Positions 23,376 through 36,637 of a stretch of DNA of 64,000 bases are shown here, one piece after another. The notes beneath the pieces were generated by a model. It was not told the origin of the DNA, did no database searches, and worked only from the letters and a program-made list of their open reading frames with translations. The position numbers and the translations under genes are program-made. Each line of letters begins with the position of its first letter. The first letter of the stretch is position 1. Origin of the DNA: Marsupella aquatica (taxonomy: Eukaryota; Plantae; Marchantiophyta); contig OZ316896.1 in assembly GCA_973895155.1 (NCBI GenBank), positions 10,365,525 to 10,429,524 of the forward strand, read 5' to 3'.

Positions 23376-26300
23376 TTATCTTGTTTGTATAGGGAGAGTA
23401 CTATTTGCCAATAACGCAAAGTTATAGGCATAAACGGCAGTTTCTGCTAGGGACAATTCATCCTCCAGTACTTTGCTAAACGAAGCCTCTTTCTCCGGAT
23501 AATATCTGCTTTCAATTGCAGACTCTTCCTCCGAATCCATTGCATACCAAGTGATTTTAATCCGCTCCGGGATGTCGTTAATTCTTGTGAGAATCTCAGT
23601 CACTTTTGCCATCCAGAATGGTCTTCCCTTGGGATCCTGATGGGCTGCTACACATATCATTGCAAATTTAGTATTCACCTCTAGATCCTTGAAGTCTCCA
23701 ATTTCCGTGACTTTTCTTCAAATTTCGAAATACATGACTCCTCACACTCGCTACTTTATCAACCAAGCTAGGTTCCATTGCTGCTTCCGTAGGAATACTC
23801 GGAAGTTCTCTCTGTACGTTTACCTTGGGCCAACTCCAATCAAAACTCCATTGTGCAGGTTTCAGGTGGTGCTGAATCACTTCTTTTTGTTTGTCAAAAA
23901 AACGACCCCACCATAGACGATCTTCGTCGTCAAAGTAATTGAATCCATCTTCAATTGCTCTTCGATATTTTTGAAGAGTTGACAAATAACTTTGAGCCGC
24001 CCGCTCATCTTGTTCCTCAGCATCATTCTCTTGCTCTTCATTGTCTCCTATCGCTCCTGTGGCCGACTTCAATGCCATTTGTGGTGCGACCCACATTCCA
24101 GATGATGGAATGTACCGAACAAAATCCACCGTCTCCCCCCAATCGGTTGTCGTTGAAAGATGTTTGGCATGGAATACGGACCGAGCACTTCCATCTTCGA
24201 GTACTCTAGTAATCCGAAATTGTTTTTGAGCACTTATGTCGTGGAGAGTACGTAGAACCTGACCATCCATATCCTTGTCATTTGCTTGATCCTTGTCTGA
24301 CACAAATTTCTTAAAATTGACAACCTCGTCGATGAAAAATATCTTTGCCGTAGGATTGTAGGATTCCTCTATGATTGCTGAAAGAGTGTCCAATCGGAAA
24401 GCTTTCCGCTTGTTCAATTTTGAAGAAAACTTGCTAAACATTTGATCAATTTGATCATGGGTGTGCCTCACCAATAGGAAACCAACCTTTATTTTCTGGA
24501 AAACACCTATCTCCACCAACATATTCAAATATGCCATAAGATATTTATTCTTGTTTTCCCGAGCTGTGTTATCAAGCTGGAGGTAAAGCACTGGAGGGAG
24601 CAGACCTTCCCAGGTATTCAGAATATGCTGGATAACGTGGATGGTCAGGTTGCTATCATTGTGAATATTTGGATAGTTCAAAAAAACATTTGAACTTAAT
24701 TGTTTGTTGAAGATCAAACAACCCACTACGTGTACGGGGATGAAATACTTTTCATCCATATTCTTTGGACACCGAATAAAATGAGGTAACTCTGTCTTCT
24801 TTTGATCCATTCCATCAATATAGATGCCTAAATATTTCTCCGGACTCTTGTAACATTTGCTCCGGTGCTTTGCTAACTTCTCCCTCTCGACGGCTTGTGC
24901 CTTCCGATGCTCGTTTAGCAATGTTGAGAATTTTCCTACAATAATAAAAATGTTTAGGACAAAACATGATAACCGCAATGTTGGACCCTGACAGCGATAA
25001 ATTTATCGGGTTCAGTATTCAAACACGAGACCGTAATGAAAAACCGTGACAGCGATAAATTTATCAGGTTCAGTATTCAAACTGTTCAAACGATATATTC
25101 ACTCACATGGCCAAAGAAGAAGCACATGAATACTCAACCCGATAAAATTATCGGGAGTAACACACAGGTTTAGAAACTTACTCTTTTCTGCTTCGAGTGT
25201 TGCCTTGTCACGGAGTGCTTTGAATTCAGTACACGGGGCGCAGGTGGAGAAACGGCTCCTTTTGGGGATGCGCACGCGAGGAAACTCCTTGTTCCAAATG
25301 CGAAGAAACCACGAATATGTCATGCCTTGTTCTTGGTGCATTAGAGTTTCAGACTGGAAGGCATCAAAAACTTCTGTTTTTGTCCAATTGTCAGGTAAAT
25401 GAAAGATATCCTTGTTGGGGAGACTCTCGATATTTGTGGAAAAAAATCATCTAGCCATTGGATGAGACCAAGATGTGCGGGTGATTTTTCTCGACAAACT
25501 GTACCGATCTGTATCTGAGAAAACATGTTTTGCGAGATTTTTTGGAGACGATTATTTCCTAGTGAAAATAATTTCTTAAAACCACTCCGACAAAAGGATC
25601 TACCGCTAACTGAGTAACCACTTGCACCAGCATGCCCACCCTTCACACATCCTCTTAGAAGGATGTTCTTCTCTGGGTAGGATAGCCCATAGTAATAAGT
25701 GCGTTGTTTCGTCACGGCTAGCAGACCCAAATTCCTCAGACAGTAATTATCACAACACGAATACTTATGAATTTCTCTCATTTTGTTTCTATTCAATTTG
25801 TCATTTATCACATTGTCTTTCCTAGTAATTCGGTCCCTACTAGGCTCATTTGACTTCTCTACAGCCTGAAATCCGTTCATAACATTGGCATTTTTGGGTC
25901 CTTCAGGTGCCTCGCGAATAGATGCATCACTCTCTGCTGAGCTACCATCCTCTACAAATCTCCTTGACACATTTAGAGGGGCACTGAATAGACGACTATA
26001 ACTATTCTCTTCGACAACTCCTTCTAAACATTCAGACACAACTTGTGCTATTATATCGGATTCTCTATCTCCTTCCTCATCTTTGTCCTCCGATGCACTC
26101 GACTCATCTGAAAACACAATTGGACTCCGTGGCTCTCTATACTTAACCCGAACGCCACTAAGACCTCTCCTCGATACTTGGAGCCTGGAACCAATGACAG
26201 TCTGCCCTTGAGAACTTGGAGATTCTGGATTTGCATGTGCAGTCCCAACGACTCCGCGAGCTGCTGGAAAATTGGGCACTTGTTCACCACGATTCCCACA

Positions 26301-26906
26301 GACCATTCGAGAAAGGGCTGAGTCTAGACTTCGCAGTCCAATTCCCTCGCTTGCTCGCACATCCAGTCCAGGCAATGCAAAGACCGATCGTCGTATTGGT
26401 CTTTGTATTTCTGTGTCCCGATCCTCACCCGGAGACTGAAAGATCGGTCGTTGAACTTGTGTTGAATGTGGCGACTTGAATGCCGACTGCGATACGTGTA
26501 TCGGTCGCCGGATACCCTCTCCATAACACGGGATGGATGGACTGAAGCGACATCTCGGACCTAAACCTGGGATTGAAAGTTTCTCATTTCTTGGCGATGG
26601 AACGCTCAAGAGACGACGCTTCTCAGGTTTACTAGGCGACACATAGTAAGCACTGGGCTCAGGACCAGAACTTGCATCAGAATCTGAGTCAGAGATTTCG
26701 GGCACTATTTGCTGTGAGAGAGGTAGAGCTTTAAGTATGCGACTTGGAAAACAGCGAGCAACAAGATTAGGAGAGGATTCAACTGAACTGGAAGGAGAGG
26801 ATTCAACTGAACTGGAAGGTGAATCTGTGTCTGATTGAGACATGGCTATCCGAGACACTATGGGGCTTTGCATTCCTCCCGCAATCAGGGAAAATGAAAG
26901 GCTCAA
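23376..26906 (-). pseudogene. Sola-like DDD transposase with long Ser-rich N-terminus
   Basis: CCDNYC...FCRSGFKKLF, RFSTCAPC, IYIDGMDQ, LYLQLDNTARENKN, FLLVRHTHDQIDQMFS. In-phase intron at 24936-25181; frameshifts near 25430 and 23675. Confidence 0.8.
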
Positions 26907-27130
26907 CGGACAGAATGTTGCTCCAAGAACACAACTCCCAAAACTCTACTCTCGATAATGACGCCAAAAACTTATCGGCGGTGGCCCTTTTATAGTGTCT
27001 GTTGAGGGGTTGGCCCACGTGTCCACTTTTGATTGGCTGTCACCCTAAACGACAAAATAGCAGAAAAGGGTATATTTCTTGGATTTCCAATTTCATTCTC
27101 ACACGTGCATCGTAGCAAAATTATATAGTT

Positions 27131-27335
27131 TTGAAATTGAAGCGATAAATTTATCTGATGTTGGTATTGCAAAAGTGGTTCCTTCATATGGAAGTTGCAA
27201 TTTGAAATTGAAGCGATAAATTTATCTGATGTTGGTATTGCAAAAGTGGTTCCTTCATATGGAAGTTGCAATTTTGAAATTGAAGCGATAAATTTATCTG
27301 ATGTTGGTATTGCGAAGAGTTTTCTTCATATGGAT
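27131..27335. repeat. About 71-bp tandem repeat x3, each unit holding the B palindrome
   Basis: TTGAAATTGAAGCGATAAATTTATCTGATGTTGGTATTGC... is repeated three times upstream of the transposase. Confidence 0.9.
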
Positions 27336-27967
27336 AGGAATTTTAAAATTTAACCGATGAACCGAAGGATCTTAGTATTGTCGACTAGTATTTTTGTTGC
27401 CCGTAGTTTTCGCGATAATTTTATCGGACTGCGCATTGCTGTTGAAAGAATGGCATGTTGACTATGGTCACTTGCGGAGGTAACTGGTCAATTGCGGAGG
27501 TAACTGCAAGGTAAGTTTGACGAACCGTGCAGTAATTCTTATCGACTGTGATGTAAAATATTTTTGGTAAATATCCAAAAACTGAGAAAACTGAGATTGG
27601 GTCGGAGCTTTCATGGCTCAAATCCGGAGTCCGATACAGTTATCGCACTTGGCTCGAAACGTGGATATGGATTTATAGATAAGACCTTTCAGATATCTTT
27701 GGAGAGCGTGAATATGAGGTTGAGGAGAAAGTTTTTCGGATCTAATTGTTCCTTGATAATATGAATGTTTGTTAGCATGAATTTCATTGGTTTTGATCAT
27801 TATTAAATTTGCTGTTTCAATCCGAACTCCGATACGAATTACATTATTTCCCCAAAAACGTGTTTTTGATGAAAAAAACTGCCGATTTCGCGAGATTCGG
27901 CGGAAAATGAAAATAAACTTCTCGTTTAGAGGAAATAGTTCTTGTTCGGTCCGAAATCGTGTTCTTA

Positions 27968-28183
27968 TCGATAAGACCAATGCAAAAATTTGAGGCTTTA
28001 AAAGGAGCTACACTCTTATGATTGCAAAAATGCTGGAAGTACATACAATATTTGATTATCGATGAAAAATCCATGATAGGATTAAAATCACTTGCAAAAA
28101 TAGACTCGCGCTTGCGACAAGCATTTCCCAGCTCCTCAGATAAATGTTTTGGTGGGATTTTGATCCAAAAGTGGTCCAAATAA
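27968..28183 (+). pseudogene. Continuation of the Helitron PIF1 helicase (Walker B region)
   Basis: In frame with YHSAL at 14614: SIRPMQKFEALKGATLL*LQKCWKYIQYLIIDEKSMIGLKSLAKIDSRLRQAFP...FGG. Confidence 0.88.
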
Positions 28184-29466
28184 ATGCACAGGTTAATCTT
28201 GTACACTTTGGTTTATGACATTGATGAGTTTCCGTTCACTTTGTATTTCAAAAGGAAGATGCCTGAATGTGATCTCAGGGTGGACCTAGTATTCAAAGTT
28301 CCATACAAGAGAACAAAGGTGAGACCTAGAGTATTATTTCCATTACTTAGTGCCTTTGGTCTCCAGATTGGGATTAGAGAATTATGAATTTCTCTCGTAC
28401 TTCGACACATAATAAAAGAGAAAAATCTCTGACGTATTTAAGTGTATTAGTGCCCTTCTAAGTGGGCATTATGGAAAATAATTATAACATCTCAAGAGAC
28501 AAGCTGCAGTATTATTTTTATCAAGGCACACAATGCTCTTTACCAGAAGGTTACTCCATAAAATATTTGGAACTCTACCCCTCCCCTTTCATGAATTTTT
28601 CATATTTATGTAATGTGGAGAAAAATAATGAGTGCATGCAAGACTTGGTAATTTGGTTAGGACTAATAAATAGTAGAAATAAAAACCTTTTGGACCTTAA
28701 ACTCCTTTCACCACAACATTGGCTATAAGAACCCCTCCAAATTGGACCTAGACCCCTCATTTGGGGGAGTACGTTATGGCCCACAATGCCCTATAAACCT
28801 TACAAGTGAAAGGGGCAAAGAGGGGTGTCAGAAATGGAGTGACTTACCAAATGGACTACAAAATTCATAGTCCCAGGCTAGCATTTTGTCTGTCGTTGTT
28901 ATGCCAAAGACAAGAAATTGTAGGGCTACCGTAGTGGAAAATCAGGGGAAAAACCACTTTTACATATTAACAATAATAAAGGATGTGGCCATTTGTTTGA
29001 AGCCAAAAGCCATGGTCCCCAACTTTGAAGCTAGTTTGAAGCTTTTCCTTGTTGTAGCCTGGTTCTACATTATTGGACTCCAAAGTCACACGAATCAGAC
29101 ATTGGCCAACACGCATGGCAGGGTGAGGAAAGGGTGTCTCAAACTTGCAAATTCCCAATAATTTTTGGACAGTGGTGATGGAGAAATTCTGTCCCCTGTC
29201 TTGACCAAACCTGACCACACCACGCCCGTGCAGAACAGTGCCCCATCATCGATATTCCCATCATTGATATTTCAAAGGGCGCTGATGCATTTCTTGCAAA
29301 ACAATTCTTTGTGCCGACGTCAGTGCCCCGACCTCACGAGTTACTGATGGACATGGTTCGCGGGAACTACAGATTTTTGGTGCGCAACCCGGCCCATAAC
29401 ATGTCAGTCAGGGGAAACCTCTAGGACATGGGAAAACTCCAGGAAATGGCTACGTCGAGATTCCCT

Positions 29467-29785
29467 AATAGGGCGTCTCAACCCTGCACGTTCTAGGATT
29501 CCTTCCGGTCACCCGGATGTCTCTAATCGCCGCCCGATATTGAACACCGGTACCCAAAATCGGGTCCCAAAAAACTGGGGGTCTGAACTTTACCTCGCAC
29601 CTCAAAGGAGTCCCGGCACGGGTTAGACCTGGGTTTTTCCAAAGAAAAATTGTAATAAAAAAAACCCGGGAAAAACTTTACGGTCACCAAATCGGTGGGC
29701 CGACCACCTGATCCGGGCGGCCCGCGACTGTGAAATCCCGGGTGCCATTCGGAATTCCAAATGCTTAAGTTTGAGACGCCCTATT
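29467..29785. mobile_element. Possible MITE
   Basis: Perfect 15-bp inverted repeat AATAGGGCGTCTCAA / TTGAGACGCCCTATT about 320 bp apart; no TSD seen. Confidence 0.4.
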
Positions 29786-31869
29786 GGATAGCTTCCCCAG
29801 TAGTAGATTGAAGGACTTCCGGCCTGCACAGCAACTGCACTATGCCCAATGAATTCGATGAAAAAATTGTCACGACTTAAAGCCAGATTGGAGGCACGGA
29901 CAAGGACTACGATGATTTTGACTCGATCAGCTTCGGCCCACTCAGCAGAATCTCATTCTGCACAAGTTGTCCATGCAAACGGTCAGGCCCTGAGCTGTTT
30001 GTTCCGTTTTTCAGAACGGCAAACTTTCTTGAAATTGGCTGCATGTGCCCGAGAAATCTGGTGGAACAGAGTGATGATCACGGATGGCACGGCGATGAGG
30101 GAGAAGATCCGAAGGAGATGTACACAAGACGGTCAAGGTGGTAAGTAACGTTCGTGCTTCCAACGGTGACTGGATGGAGACCACCACGACCTGGCCCCTC
30201 CATGACGACCCCGACTGCACAGAAAGTTTGGGTCAAGTTGGGGAGACCTGATAATGAAGTGGGGTTGACTCACGAGTTTGAGACGGGGTGCGAGGAGAGT
30301 ACGGAAGGTTTCTTCAGGTTTCATCAGCTCCAAGGTTGTGGAGTGTTCTTCCATTGGAAACTTCGAGCAGCCTCGATCATAGGAATGACATGGACTTCGA
30401 GTAATAATGTAGGGACCTCCGTAAGTTGTGAGTTAATAGTGGAGCAACAGATTGAAGTAGCAAATGATTGGAATAATTTGGAATGAGATCATTTCTGTCA
30501 ATTGGCTCATGAAACCACCCGAAAAAAACTCTATTTAACATCATTTGTGATTCAATAGCATCACATATTGTTATACATCCTGGAAGACTGAATCCAGTTG
30601 TGGTTTGTAGTAGGACCACTTATTTATCTAGCCCACTAAGGAATTAAATGTAATTCTAACCCAATTAGGTTAGCTAGTTAGCTAATTGTGCCATTCGGTA
30701 CAACAACAGAACTCTGAGATACGTATGAATGCGAACAGTGCTCCGGACTGGGTACACAGCCTACAGAAAGCAGCAGCGCATGGACCCCCCTCCTCAGGCG
30801 TCTTACATATCCAATATGATGGCCAAAAAATACAATCACCCACATGATGTCCGAAGTCGCCACTTCCGCCAATCACACCATGTCTGGCCAAGGGTGCCCC
30901 GATCGCTCCAAGCAACGAATCACCCGGCTCACAATGAAGAACTCCACGAACAGTTTCATCCGAGGGTCCAAGCTCCTTGCCAACACTTTTAAAAACGTCA
31001 TCCAGATATTTCTCGACAAAGGCATCCAGCAACCTAGCTAAGTTGTGCCGGGGGGCACGATCTTCCATCCGCCGATTAAACAAGGCCATCTCCTTGCCCA
31101 TAGCGCACACGACCACCAAATTGCACGCAAAAGTCGATACACACTGTACAGTAGCATAAGCTTCACAGTGAACAGAATGAAATATGAAATGTCACGTTTC
31201 TGAACGAAGTGTCCCACTATTGTCTTACTTGACAACACGAAATAACCTCCAGACTATTCACGAAGCTGAATACAAGATGCCACAATGAATGGAACACTCT
31301 CTCGGAACTCCCTTTTATTCCCATTCTATATACTCCTTTCCCGACCCAAAATAGAATAACTTGCTTCTATGTATGGGCAATCAACCGACCAAGTCGAAGG
31401 TGCATGGGCCTCCATTCACTTCGCCTCTCCTCTCCTGCAGCTAGCCGTTTGCTAAGTTTTACCAGAGGCCCCATGCCACCGGCCAGCTAGTACTCCTGCT
31501 AATTTTAACAGCAGCCACATCGGGCCCCGATGCCCCGTCAGCCTAGTACTGTTGCTAATGTTCGAAGCGGGCCGGGACGCGGGTCCATGACCCGTGACTA
31601 GTACTCTTGCTAATTTTAGCACCAGCCAAGAATTCTCGATTAACACATAGCCCCAACTTATACATGGTAGATGTGGAGTTGGTCTGATGCGGTAACCGTG
31701 AGCGGACAGATTTGGAATCTGGGACCAACAAAGCTGCAACACCAACGAAGCTATTCTGGTGAGCGGACAGATTTGGAAACGGGGAACAACAAAGCTGCAA
31801 CCCCAACGAATCTATTCTCGAGACCCCTAACTACATCAGGATGGGTCCTCCTACTTCGAAGGGCAAACG

Positions 31870-32280
31870 GAAAAATGCAAGATGAGCACGTACGTTCACA
31901 CGATGGGCCGGGGACAGTAAGGATGATGTTCCAGAACCCCGTGCAGAATAGCCCAGAAGTAGGACTGCTGCGGCACATAGGTTGGCCGAAAAGCCTCGTT
32001 CGAGAGCCGCATCAACGGGTGCATTACAAAGTTTCATTTGGAGTTTACAGATTTGGCCGGCCATATATTCCAATCACAAGGCTGGTATTAGACTCAGGTA
32101 TCGAAGGCCTGCTGATGCTCATCTCTAAATACAAAGCTCTGATGCCTAAAAGGAGGTAAAATTTCCAACACTTCACCGGGCAGCAATATCATGATTTCAG
32201 CATGCAGTTGCAGTTGCCAACAATACAACGTGAGGATGATGAGCACATTGGACGTCAAGGAGCGATCTCCTGCCTGCATT
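31870..32280 (+). pseudogene. Frameshifted paralog of the bHLH gene
   Basis: Across frames: DSKDDVPEP..RSRTAAAHRLAE, RINGCITKFHLEFT, LDSGIEGLLMLISKYKALMPK, YHDFSMQLQLPTIQRED. Colinear with the 48365-48976 protein. Confidence 0.75.
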
Positions 32281-35200
32281 GAAAACCCCACACGATTTCA
32301 GGCCAACGAGGATATATGCATGGGAGATTTCAGGGACTGCGTATAAATTGTAAGTGAAATAAGCAGATGTTACCTAGATCGACTAATTAAGTTCACGTAC
32401 CAGGGAGATGACTTGGTCTTCAAACTAAAAGAACTGCAAGGAATTTGGGAATGCTTGATGCGATGGGATGCGAAGTACGTTCGAGGAAGCTAAAACAAAT
32501 AGCCCTACCGAGATGTCAGTCCATCCGGAAAGAAGTTCAGTTAGCAGGATTTTAGTTCCCGAATTGAAACAATTCTGGAACTAATAACAACTTAGTAGAG
32601 AACTAAAATAAACACGTACTTATCAAAAACACATGACGCTAGTGGAGCCATAAGGCTGCAGTAGAAGCTGCTTTCATTGCTAGAGGAACTCCAGGTGACA
32701 GGCCTCAGACCGGAAACACAATACACAGAGCCGTCCATTATATTGCTGCAAAACGATAATTGCATATAGCTCGGTGAGAACTGTGGCACATGGTGCCTGT
32801 CAGCAATATGAAGGAAAAGATGAATCCAGGGTTGGTTTACGCTATCGAGCTTCAGTACCTTCTTAACGTGATCTACTTGTTCATCATGAATTTTCCATAT
32901 CGACGTCAGTCCCTCTTTCATTTCTCGACCTACACGAACTTTCAAGTATGGACATTTTCTTACACGGACTTAATTTCAAGATGCGCGTTACAACGTTGCG
33001 GGAATGTAGCCCGGCATCCTGCGCTTCTTTCACAGCATCCTCAATAGTTATTTGCGTCAAGGTCTGCGAATCATAAGATTGATATATTAAGGAATGGAGA
33101 GAACAGCGTTTAGAGAACAGTTCTTAACATGAGCAACAAACGGCTGTGAGAAATTAGGTCCTTAAGATCGGAACGAAATTATACGACAACGTACCTTCCG
33201 CGCGTCTCTCTTGGTCTGATCGATTAATTTTCAAAAACTTACTGGGGTCATCGATCTCTGCCATAAGAACGTCAGGCTCGGCGGCCTTTTCCACAGCGTC
33301 AAACAATTCTTATCCTTCTTCATCCTTCGCGCCTTGATGGTGATTTGGAAGTGTCGCAACAAGTTTTAGTTCCAGTATATATAGCTTCCTCCGCTGCTTA
33401 CTGTAGCGAGCCTGATCCACAGAAAGGTTCCACAGTGATCTTTATTCTAGGATTCTATGGCCAGCGTCCACTAAATCCACTTCTAAGTAAACTTGTTTTC
33501 TACTCTGGGCATTTTTCGGCTGATCTATCAAATAGTGCAAGTGTGCAGACAAGATGCAAACCTTCGCTCAAACGGGTTCGAAGCTAGTTCTTCCGCACGA
33601 ACGGACCGGACCATAGAGGTACCGTCAGCAGATGTGATTCGATTGAAATTGACATTATTTTCCGTAAAACAAGCAGAAACTGCTCAAAGAGTACAATCAC
33701 AAATTCATGAGAATTCAGAATGAAGGCGCAGAAATCGAACTACAACTACGATTCATAAAGTTTGTGTTGAATGTTTTCCTGAAACAACTGAATGCAAGGG
33801 GTAGAACGAAAGGCGAATACCAAATTTATTTAGAACGAATGTCAAAAAGTCAAGAACGAATTCATGTTGAGAAGTCAAGAACGAATGTCGCCAAGTCAAG
33901 ATTGAACGAGCATACTCAAGATGCCAGACATTCTCGGCGCCCATGAAAAGGATCCATGAAATAAATTTCTAGACGACAGGCAGGTCGACCGAGTTACTAC
34001 AACCTCCTCTTCTATATATATGCATCGAAAATCAAAGAGAGCTAGGACCGAGCTTTTACCATCTATATATGGTCCCAGTATAGCCCGATGATGAAGATTG
34101 CCAGTGTAGGTGTTCCTTGGAGGCTCCATTTTCATCACTATCATGGCGTATCTATTGCTGAGATAACAGGACTATTGGCCGTGAAGCTGAAGATCGAATC
34201 GCCTTCTATTGTAATTCGAGTTGCAGATCGACAGCCACACAACGACGAATGATGGAGAGAAATAAACAAACCATGAATCAGACAATCGCTGACTTCCGAA
34301 GTACTTGAGAACACCATGGCGAATAGAATCCTTTGTACTTAAGCTCGTCAAGAACAGTCGATCATCCTAAATGTCGACTGCGCAGAACACAGGAGCTAGC
34401 TAGAAGCAGATCGACGTCCAATGATCGGGAAACATGAGCACAGATCGACTGAAAAAACGAGAGCTGCGACTGCCCGCGCTCGAACACAAGAGAGATACCA
34501 ATTCACAATCTATACCATCAATAGCAGAAATGAAGACTCTGAGAAAGGGGCACTTCATTTAACAACACAACAAAGCGACAGCAGTCCAGACGTGATGCAA
34601 TGCAAACGAGGTGGCGCGGCTGCCGATACACAAAGGGCTGGCCGCGTACGTCCCGCGCGCTTGTCACATTCCAAAGCCCGTTAGGCGCAGGCTCGTAGAT
34701 TGAATAGATTCTTCGCTGTCTTCGCTGTTCTTGCTGATCAGACTTGAATGTGACCACGCATATCTGTAAGTAATGCATGTCCTGTCTGACATGTAAACAT
34801 CGACCCTGATTAGTCCCAACAAGAGGTACTGTCGCTGGTCCAAAGGTAGGGAATCAACCGGAGGATGAGAAGGGGACAGGAAAACAAGCCATGCAAATTG
34901 GTTGGAGACCGAAGCACACGAGGCAGTGCCTAGTTCACTCTTGAATTTCCTGATCTGATCACCGACCTAGTCACCAGGCACCCGTCACGCCTGCATGAGA
35001 GAGTTGTAATCAGCCGGGTAATCAGAATGTCGTTATTCCCGCTGCAAGCTTCCAGGCTTAGGCGGTGTCCCTGTCGTTCGATACTGATTCTCAAGGTACG
35101 CGTCCCAGTCGTTGTATACTGATTAAGACCATGGCTGGTAGACAGAACATTCGACATTCAAAGAAATCTGACTAGCTAGCTAATAATCACCAAGCGTCTG

Positions 35201-36637
35201 AAAGAGTTGTAATCAGCGAAATTGCATCTCAAATTTGCGAAAATAATTATCGAGCTGAATGAATTTGGCTGTTCAATCCGGTAAAATGGATCATTCCCGT
35301 CCCTTAATGATGAGTAATTGGCTCGAGTTGAATCGACACCAGCAATATACGACCCACTTAGGTCACCCATGTCATGACTTTTAACTTTGGGTTTCCGGCC
35401 TCTTTGTTTTCTAGTAAAAGGTGCCATTGCACGAAATGGAACCATGCTCTTGTAGCTGGGACCGGCACTCCCAGAAATTAGTCCATGGAACCCGGTGTCA
35501 TGGTGCACCCAATCACTGAGGGTCTGGTTACATCGCATTAGCCCCCTGTGGCCCTGTCGCTTCTGCACCCATGCGCATCTGATCAAAGGCACTTAATGAA
35601 CTCAAATGCAAGCCCATTGGCCCAGCACGAGCTGGCTTTAGGCCAACACAGTTTTTGATTTATTTGCTCAAGTCAAGGGCTTGAATTCAAATGGCAGGAA
35701 GGTATGTGCAAGCCCCAGGACTCAACCTCACAACCTTGGCCGTATGAACATTCAGGGCAATAAGTCCCCAGAAGTGGGTTTATTAACAATGGCAGCCAGA
35801 CTAGAGGGAACTCTAGGGTATAGAATTTTTGTTTTTCAGGACGCAAAGACTACAAACTTACTGAGATGAGAATAAAATAGTTAGAGGTACACTACAGACC
35901 ATCACTTGTAAGCAAATTTGTCAGGCGAAAATAACAACCAAAGGAGATGAGAACTTGTCACCCAAAGATAGGAGTGAGAGTGAGTGGTTAATTATATAAC
36001 CAGTGTAGCCTGAGAACCCAGATTAAGTGATTGAGCTACACTCAGGTTTAACAAAGTACACTAGAGGTCCAACCTTCAAACCTATGAGAAATCTCAGGTT
36101 TTGCAAACTACACTGTTCCTCGTAATTGATGATATGTAACAATTAGCATTACTAACATCTCGACTGTGGAACCCCTAAATTTTCTATATCCAACTGCCTC
36201 ACCCAACAACAACCTGGTTCATAACATCCATTTTGGGGACTCCTCGTTTTGCTAGCAAACTCACTAGCCGTTTTGAGTCATAAAAAAACACAAAATATAT
36301 ACAAGGCAACGGAAAGCAAAAGAAATTTTAAAACATCTAGTGTCTCGCTAACAAAATTCATGTTTGCTAGCACTATACAATGCCTCACGATCAGAAATTA
36401 ACTTATCACACTGCCAAAAAGACTGGAGCGTCAAACCGGGAGACATGGTTCCAAAGGCGAAAAAACACAATAAAGGGGGGAAGCAAAAGACCCAAGAAGA
36501 CCAAAAATGCCCAAGAAGTCAAGGACTAACCTAGCAAATAAAATCAAAAGACAAAGGAGGGAGAAACAAACAAACAAACAACTCTACTGGGCAACAAACA
36601 AACAAACAACTCTACTGGGCTGTAAACTGAAAAGCGT

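Larger units (their letters stand above)
15065..27427. promoter_or_regulatory. More than 20 copies of the palindrome (G/C)CGATAAATTTATCG(G/C) and close variants, confined to element B
   Basis: Copies at about 15065, 15158, 15234, 15290, 15383, 16634, 17738, 17825, 18887, 18955, 20108, 20182, 20257, 23041, 23100, 23167, 24994, 25052, 25139, 27142, 27213, 27285 and 27412. A regulatory role is inferred. Confidence 0.85.
14615..27963. mobile_element. Element B: 13.35-kb TIR DNA transposon (Sola-like transposase) carrying cargo genes
   Basis: 25-bp TIRs AACACAATTTCGGACCGACCGAGAA (14615-14639) and AACACGATTTCGGACCGAACAAGAA (reverse complement of 27939-27963), 3 mismatches. 4-bp TSD CTTA. Excision rejoins the PIF1 reading frame. 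Confidence 0.9.

Noticed and set aside
30682-31119. 145-aa minus-strand ORF
   Set aside because: No recognisable motif or gene structure; it may be a decayed exon but cannot be supported.
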